Part shown: positions 57,796 through 64,000 of the stretch, piece by piece
Position numbering within the stretch: position 1 is the first letter of the stretch
Layout: every line of letters begins with the position of its first letter
DNA from: the human T2T-CHM13v2.0 reference genome, Homo sapiens
NCBI GenBank assembly: GCA_009914755.4
Contig: CP086569.2
Span: forward strand, 5,824,001-5,888,000
Direction: 5' to 3'
DNA: 64,000 bases
Translations under genes and position numbers: made by a program
Notes under the pieces: model-generated
What the model was told of the DNA's origin: nothing
The model's input: only the letters and a program-made list of their open reading frames with translations
The model's database searches: none

Positions 57796-58912
57796 TATTG
57801 TTTGGGTTTCTGTCCCTGCTGAAATCTCATGTCGAGTTGTAACCCCAGTGTTGGAGGAGGGGCCTTGTAAGAGGTGATTGAATCATGGGGGTGGACTTTC
57901 CCCTTGGTGTTCCTATGATAGTGATTTCTCATGAAATCTGATTGTTTAAAAGTGTGTATCACCTGCCCCTTCTCTCTTTTCCTCCTGCTCTGGCCACATG
58001 ACGACAGGCCTCCTTTCTCTTCACCTTCCACCATGATTGTAAGTTTCCTGAGGCCTCTCAGTCATGCTTTCTGTACAGCCTGCAGAACAGTGAGCCAGTC
58101 AAACCTTTATTCTTTATAAATTACCCAGTCTTGGGTAATAATTTATAGTAGTGCAAGTATGGACTAATATAAACAATTGGTACCAGGAGTATGGTATTGA
58201 TATAAAGATACCTGAAACTGTGGGATCAGCTTTGCAACTGGTTAATGGGCAGAGGTTGGAACAGTTTGTAGGGTTCAGAAGAAGACAAAAATATGAGGCA
58301 AAGTTTGAAACTTCCTAGAAACTTGTTAAATTTTTGTGACCAAAATGCTGACAGTGATATGGACAATGAAGTGCAGGCTAAGGTGGTTGTCTCAGATTGA
58401 GATGAGGAACTTATTGGGAACTAGAGTAAACGTCACTCTTAGACTTTAGCAAAGAGACTCAGGCATGGAGGCCTAGGAGGGAAGAATGGTTTTGTGGGCC
58501 AGGCCCAGAACCCCACTGCTTTCTGCAGCCTTGGGACATGGTGCCCTGAACCACAGCTGCTCCAGCTCCAGCTGTGGCTGACAGGGGCCAAGATACAGTT
58601 TGGACTATTGCTTCAGAGGGTGCAAGCCCCAAGATTTGGCAGCTTCCAGGTGGTACTAATTCTGCAGGTGCACAGAGGGCAAGAGTTGAGGCTTGGGAGC
58701 CTCTGTCTAGATTTCAGAAACTTTTGAGTTAATGTTGAAATGAGGTAAGACTGGGGAACTGTTGAGAATAGACAATTATATTTTTTAATAAGAGAAAGAC
58801 ATCAGATTTTGGAGGTGCCAAAATTACGAATTACAGTCATAAATTATAAATTTCCGAGTCTCAGGTACTTCTTTATATCATTGCAAGAACAAAATAATAC
58901 AGCTACTATATG
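57796..58912 (+). mobile_element. MST/THE1-type MaLR element nested in the L1: 5' LTR (57796-58172), internally deleted int (58173-58790), about 70-bp 3' LTR remnant (58843-58912)
   Basis: The LTR reads ...ctgaaatctcatgtcgagttgtaaccccagtgttggagg...ccatgattgtaagtttcctgaggcctctcagtcatgctttctgtacagcctgcagaacagtgagccagtcaaacctttattctttataaattacccagtcttgggtaat...ggactaatat. The int reads aaacaattggtaccagg.... The remnant reads ttataaatttccgagtctcaggtacttctttatatcattgcaag. Confidence 0.7.
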
Positions 58913-61900
58913 TCTTCTGAGAGGGGAGTTCAGTCCATTTACATTCAATGTTATTATTGGAAAGACTTACTCCTGCTATTTTGCTATTTGTTTTCTAGTT
59001 TTATTGTACTCTTCTCTTCCTTTTCAAAATTTATTTCTGAACTTCTTTATTGAAGGTGATTTTCTATGGTGATATAATTTAGTTTCTTGCCTTTTATTTT
59101 TTGTGTATCTGTTGTATGTTTTTTGTTTTGAGATTACCACAGGGCTTGCAAATACTCTCTTATAACCCATCATTTTAACCTGATAATAACTTTTAATTTT
59201 TTGCATAAACAAACAAACAAAAATGAAAAGGGAATTGAATAAAAGTTCTATGCCTTAATTTTGTTCCCTTGCTTTTTAACATTTTGTTGTTTCTCTTTAT
59301 ATCTTAACGTACCAACTACATCTTTAAAAGTTTTTGTAGTTACTGTTTTTGATTGGTTCCTCATTTAGTCTTTCTACTTAGGGTAAGAGTAGTTTATAAA
59401 CCACAGTTACAGTGTTGTACTATTCTGCATTTCCTGTGTACTTGCTATTACCAGTGAGTTTTATACTTTTAGATGATTGCTTATTGCTCATTTCATCCTT
59501 TGTTTTCTGATTGAAGTCCTCCCTTTAGCATCCCTTGTAGGACAGGTCTGGTGTTGAAGAAATTCCTCATCATCTTTTGTCTTGGAAAGTCTGTTTCTCT
59601 TTCACATGTGAAAGATATTTTTTGCCAGATATACTATTCTAGGGTAATAGGGTTCTTTTTCTTCAGCACTTTATACATGTCATGCCACTCTTGTCTGGCC
59701 TGTAAAGTTTCTGCCGATAAGTCTGCCACCAGATGGAGCTTGATTATTAAATGCCTTCAGGTAAATCTGCTTGGTCTTCTATAATCTTCTGTTCATGGAT
59801 ATTGATATCTTTCTCTAGGTTTGAGAAGTTCCCCGTTATCCCTTTGAGCAAACTTTCTTCCCCATCTCTTTCTCTAACTCCTTTTGAAGACCAATAACTC
59901 TTAGATTTGACCTTTTGAGGCTATTTTCTAGTTCCTGTTGGCATGCTTTATTGTTTTTTTCTCTAATGATTGCATATTTTTAAATAGCCTCTCTTAAAAT
60001 TCATTATTTATTTCTCCTGTTGATTAATTTTACCATTAAAGAACTCTGATGCATTGTTCAGTATGCCAATTGCACTTTTCAACTACAGAATTTCTGCTTG
60101 ATTTTTTAAAAAATTATTTCAATCTCTTTGTTCAGTTTATCCAACAAAATTATGAAATCTTTCTTTGTCTAATCTTGTATGTATTTTAGTTTCTTCAAAA
60201 CAGCTATTTTGAATTCTCTGTCTGAAAGTTTACATGTCTGTATCTCTCCAGGATTAGTTCGTGGTGCCTTATTTGGTTCATTTAGTAAGGTCATCTTTTC
60301 CTGAATGGCATTGATGCTAGTAGATGTTCTTCAGTGTCTGAGTATTGGGTAGTTAGGTGTTTATTATTATCTTCCCTTTCTGTGTTTATTTGTACTCGTT
60401 CTTCTTGGGAAGGCCTTCCAGGTTTTTGAAAGAATTTCGGTGGTATGATCTAAGCTGTATCTGCATTAGGGAGCACCCTAAGTCCAGTAATGCTGTGGTT
60501 TTTACAGGCTCATAGACTTAACACTTTGATGGTCTTGGCAAAGATCCAGGATAATGCTCTGGATTACCAGACAGAGACTCTTATTCTCTTTCCAGACTTT
60601 CTCCTGAACCATAGAGTCTCTCTCTATGTTCTGAGCTACCTAAATCTGGGATGACAGAAGCTCCTTTGTGTCCATCACCACTATGAATGCACTGGGTCAG
60701 AAACAAAGCCCCACATAGCACTGGGTCTTGCCCAAGGCTTTCTATAACCACTCCTTGGTTACTGCCTATGTTTATTCAAGGTTCTGAGGCTTTACATTTA
60801 GCTGGTGGCAAAAGCCACCCAGGCCTGTGTTTTTTTCTTCAGGGCAGTGAGTTTCCCTAGGCTCTGGGTGGGTTCAAATGTGCTTCTGTAAGTCAGGAAC
60901 TAGAGTCAGAAACATTAGCTGTTTACCTGGTATTTTACTGTACTATGTGTGAGCTGGTACTCAAACCACAGGATGCAGTTCTTTCCACTCTTCCCTCCCC
61001 TATCCAAAGGCAGAGGCGCTACACCCCATAGTTGCCACCACCCCAGGCTACAAGGAGTACTGCTAGACTTACACTGATGTTCCTTAAAAGCCCAAGGGCT
61101 CTAAAGTCAGCTTGGAATGAATGCTGCCTGGCCTGGGACTCACCTTTCAGGGCAGTGGTCTCCCCTCTGGCCTTACATGCAAGTCCAGAAATGCCAGCCA
61201 AGAGTCAAGTCCTGGAGTCAGGGACTTCAAGAGCTTGCTTGGTGCTCTATCCTCCTGTGGTGGTGTTGGTATCTAAGGTGCAAGACAAACTCCTCTTTAC
61301 TTTTCCCCTTTTTTTTCTCAAGCTGAAGGAGTTTTGCCTTATAGCCACTACAGCTAGTAATGTGCTGAGTCTCACCTGAAGCCAACAGGTCTCAGAGGCA
61401 CACCCAATGCCCTCGATGTAGTACCTGGGTATAGCTGTTGGTTGTTTAGAACCCAAGGTCTCCTCAGTTATGCATGCTGCCTGAAGTGGATAATTTTTTT
61501 CAAATGCAGTGTGTTCTCCTCTGGCCCAGGGTTTTATAGAAACATCATCTAGGATCTAGCGTTTGGAACAGGGGCCTCACAATACTCACTGGTGCCCTAT
61601 CCTGTTGTGGCTGATCTGGTATCCAAGATGCAAAACAAAGTTATTCTTACTCTTCCCTCTTGTATCCTCAAGCAGAAGGAAAGGGCCTCTTTCAGAGCTG
61701 TGAGCTGTGTAGCCTGGGGTTACGGGAGGAGTGATGCCAGCACTCCCTTAATCATTCCAGCTTTTTATTCAGTAGGTCATATGTCCCCCTAGACCACTAT
61801 GTTTGCGTCCAGTTCAGCACTAGGACTCATCTAAGAGGTCTAAGAGTTGCAGTCCTTGTGGTCTCTGCTGCCTTTCAAGTTTACTTGGAGGCAAAGGACA

Positions 61901-62624
61901 CTGTAGCCCTTGGTGGTAAGGTTTGTGGGAACTTGAACTGGGGCCACTGGGATCAGTAATCCTTTCTGAATAGGGCCAGTTTAAATGCTGCCTTCATGGA
62001 CACCTGTCCACTGAGTTTAGTCTGGTTTTCCTTTCTGCTGTAACAGGAAAGCACCGAGTTTAATGCTTCAAAATTTCTGTGTTCTCTCTCCACCAGTGTC
62101 CAGAGAGCCTCTCCACTCCACACCACTCCTTCCAGGGGTGGGGAAGGTGTGGTGTCACTGATTCAAGACTGTTTTTTCTATGTCTCCAGACCCTCCTTCA
62201 ACAATATGATGTTAAAACCAGGTTCCATGGGTGCTCACCTAATTTTTGGTTCTTATGATGATATTTTTTCTGTGTAGACAGCTGTTAACTTTGTGTCCTT
62301 GTGGTGGGAAGAGTCAGTGGGGACTTCTATTCTGATATCTTGCTCTACCTCCTTTTGGATTCCACAATATTTTTTCTCAGTGAGCTTATGTCTTTGAATT
62401 TGAGCCCTTTGATTCTGAGGTTTAGACAAGGGGCCATGGTGAGGCCTAGGGACAGCATCCATGCCCCATTCTCCCTGACCCTGCTGTTCTTCCTAGCCAT
62501 GCTGTGAGGGGTTGGATCTTCCAGGCATTGACTCCACTGTACTTTGTCCTGGGCTCTGCATCTATCTGGTACATAATTTAAATTTCTCATTTTCTAGGGT
62601 TTTCACTAAAAATGATCACTGAGA

Positions 62625-62625
62625 G

Positions 62626-62677
<52 letters not shown>
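62625..62677. repeat. (TA)n-(GT)n dinucleotide microsatellite
   Basis: tatatatatatatgtgtgtgtg... read directly. Confidence 0.95.
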
Positions 62678-62678
<1 letters not shown>

Positions 62679-62720
62679 TTTTTGGTTATATGGATGAATT
62701 GTATAGCGGTGAAGTATATT
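62678..62720 (-). mobile_element. Orphan 44-bp copy of the old-L1 3' terminus
   Basis: ggtttttggttatatggatgaattgtatagcggtgaagt is nearly identical to 53446-53484, the 3' terminus of the large L1. The following sequence is not L1. Confidence 0.5.
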
Positions 62721-64000
62721 ATATATATATATACTTCAATAAATATATTGAAAAATATATATAGAAATATATAAAATGTAAAATGCCAGATATAACAGTC
62801 TGCATTCAAAGTATATAAGAAAAGTTGGGTGTGTTTTTGGTAAGAAAGTTTACAAAAAGTCATGAAAATGTACTTTTTTGTTAAAAGGAAAGTAACTTTT
62901 CCTAGTTTACAGATTTTTAAAAGTTGTTTACATTGAAGTAATAAAAGTAAACAAGCTTAATGCATATAGAAAGCTGGGGAAAGAAAGAAAATGGGAAAAA
63001 GTGTAATAGGTTATAAAAGGGTGTATGGAAATTTGATTGTGCATGCTCGAAGCTGATTGAAATTGGATGAATCTATTTATAAAGTTCTATTAAAATTAGC
63101 TTTAGCATTAATAATACACTAATGAAAAGATAGAACTTGGTTTTCTCTTTTGAATAAGATTTTTGTGTAATCTTAATAAAAGATGGTAAAATATTTTTAT
63201 CTATTAAATAAACTGCAAAAGAAAAGGGGAGAGAGTGAGATAGATTTTGATTGTTTGGGAAATTATTAATTTACAGTGACCTGTGATCTGATTTTGAGCA
63301 AGTGTTTTAAACTTTTGATATTTGATAACCTCCAAAATCAAATTTGAAAGTCTTAATTAGGTCTTTTTTACCTAAAATTAACATTGTAGATTTTAGGGCT
63401 CCTGGATGTCCAAAAGAGATGTATTAGGTTTATGTTGTATGTTAAAGTCATATGGGAAGCATTAACAAATAAAAAAATAGTGCTTAACTTATATAAGTGG
63501 GTTATTAATATGTATTTCAAAATTGTATGGGAGTCATACAATTCTATTATTTCTTAGTACATTTTATCAGAAATAATTATGATTATTATGTTAAATAATT
63601 GTATGCCACAGAAATAACCAAATTTCCTTGCCAACTGTGTCTTTAATCATGGATATTCTGAGTCTTTTCTCATACACAAGCAATTATTGTTTTATTTCAT
63701 TGTTTTTAAAAAGCAGTTTATAATTGACTAAAGTCTGTAATTTGCGGTTTCTTCAAGGAAATTCACGGAAAGAACCCTGAAAAATACTCTTCAATTTAGG
63801 TTCTGATAACTTTTGAGATCATACCACTGGATTGGGTAAAAACTTCCAGAACTCTAAAAAGTTGATGCTTTTATGAAGATTGCTAACCCAACATCTAGCA
63901 GAACAAGAGTTAATTACATGAGACTAAATTAATAGAGGACTGGAATAACATTGTTATGAGTTTTTTGATTGAAACATGCTGCTTATTTTTATATTTTGTT

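Larger units (their letters stand above)
53429..62352 (-). mobile_element. Near-full-length old L1 (same family as 36521-45920), about 7.4 kb excluding two nested MaLR insertions
   Basis: 3' end is the reverse complement of ...accaaaaaccacatatatcctaaagctattgaaat plus a short A-run at 53429-53445. ORF2 C-terminus at 54184-54369 (track: [27 protein letters not shown]). The ORF2 FADD region is at 55396-55722. ORF1 and a long 5'UTR follow. The 5' terminus gatatcttgctctacctcc (62334-62352) is the reverse complement of ggaggtagagcaagatatc. Confidence 0.65.

Overview
This window reads as human or great-ape nuclear DNA, not prokaryotic. It is AT-rich and CpG-poor, with no CpG island, rRNA or tRNA gene, CRISPR array or operon-like gene cluster, and no confident protein-coding exon. 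More than half of it is retrotransposon sequence, much of it nested. The main elements are listed below.

- A HERV-H LTR7 lies at the 5' edge (469-879).
- A ~5.3 kb L1PA element with a twin-priming 5' inversion (1557-6843) is inserted into an older L1.
- A second, tiny twin-primed L1 fragment (17764-17988) has perfect 17-bp target-site duplications (TSDs).
- An internally deleted L1PA (32422-34231) sits inside another old L1.
- Two near-full-length old L1s of the same family, about 7.4 kb each, lie in opposite orientation (36521-45920 on + and 53429-62352 on -). Each carries nested insertions.
- There are several MaLR elements (THE1/MST-like), one with an inverted-LTR rearrangement (18183-20165).
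- Seven Alu elements are present (AluS/AluJ-like), six with recognisable TSDs.
- There is a 480-bp compound (TG)n/(TATATG)n/(TATACA)n microsatellite, plus shorter (GT)n tracts.

Nearly all ORFs in the six-frame track are L1 ORF1/ORF2 remnants, reverse complements of L1 UTRs, or microsatellite artefacts. I find no evidence for a novel biological system here. The observations worth checking are structural: retrotransposition by-products, a duplicated ORF1-like segment with an intron-like insertion, an orphan 44-bp L1 terminus, and one unassigned 124-codon ORF in repeat-free DNA. All coordinates are approximate (about +/-10 bp) because they were read by eye from the numbered sequence.
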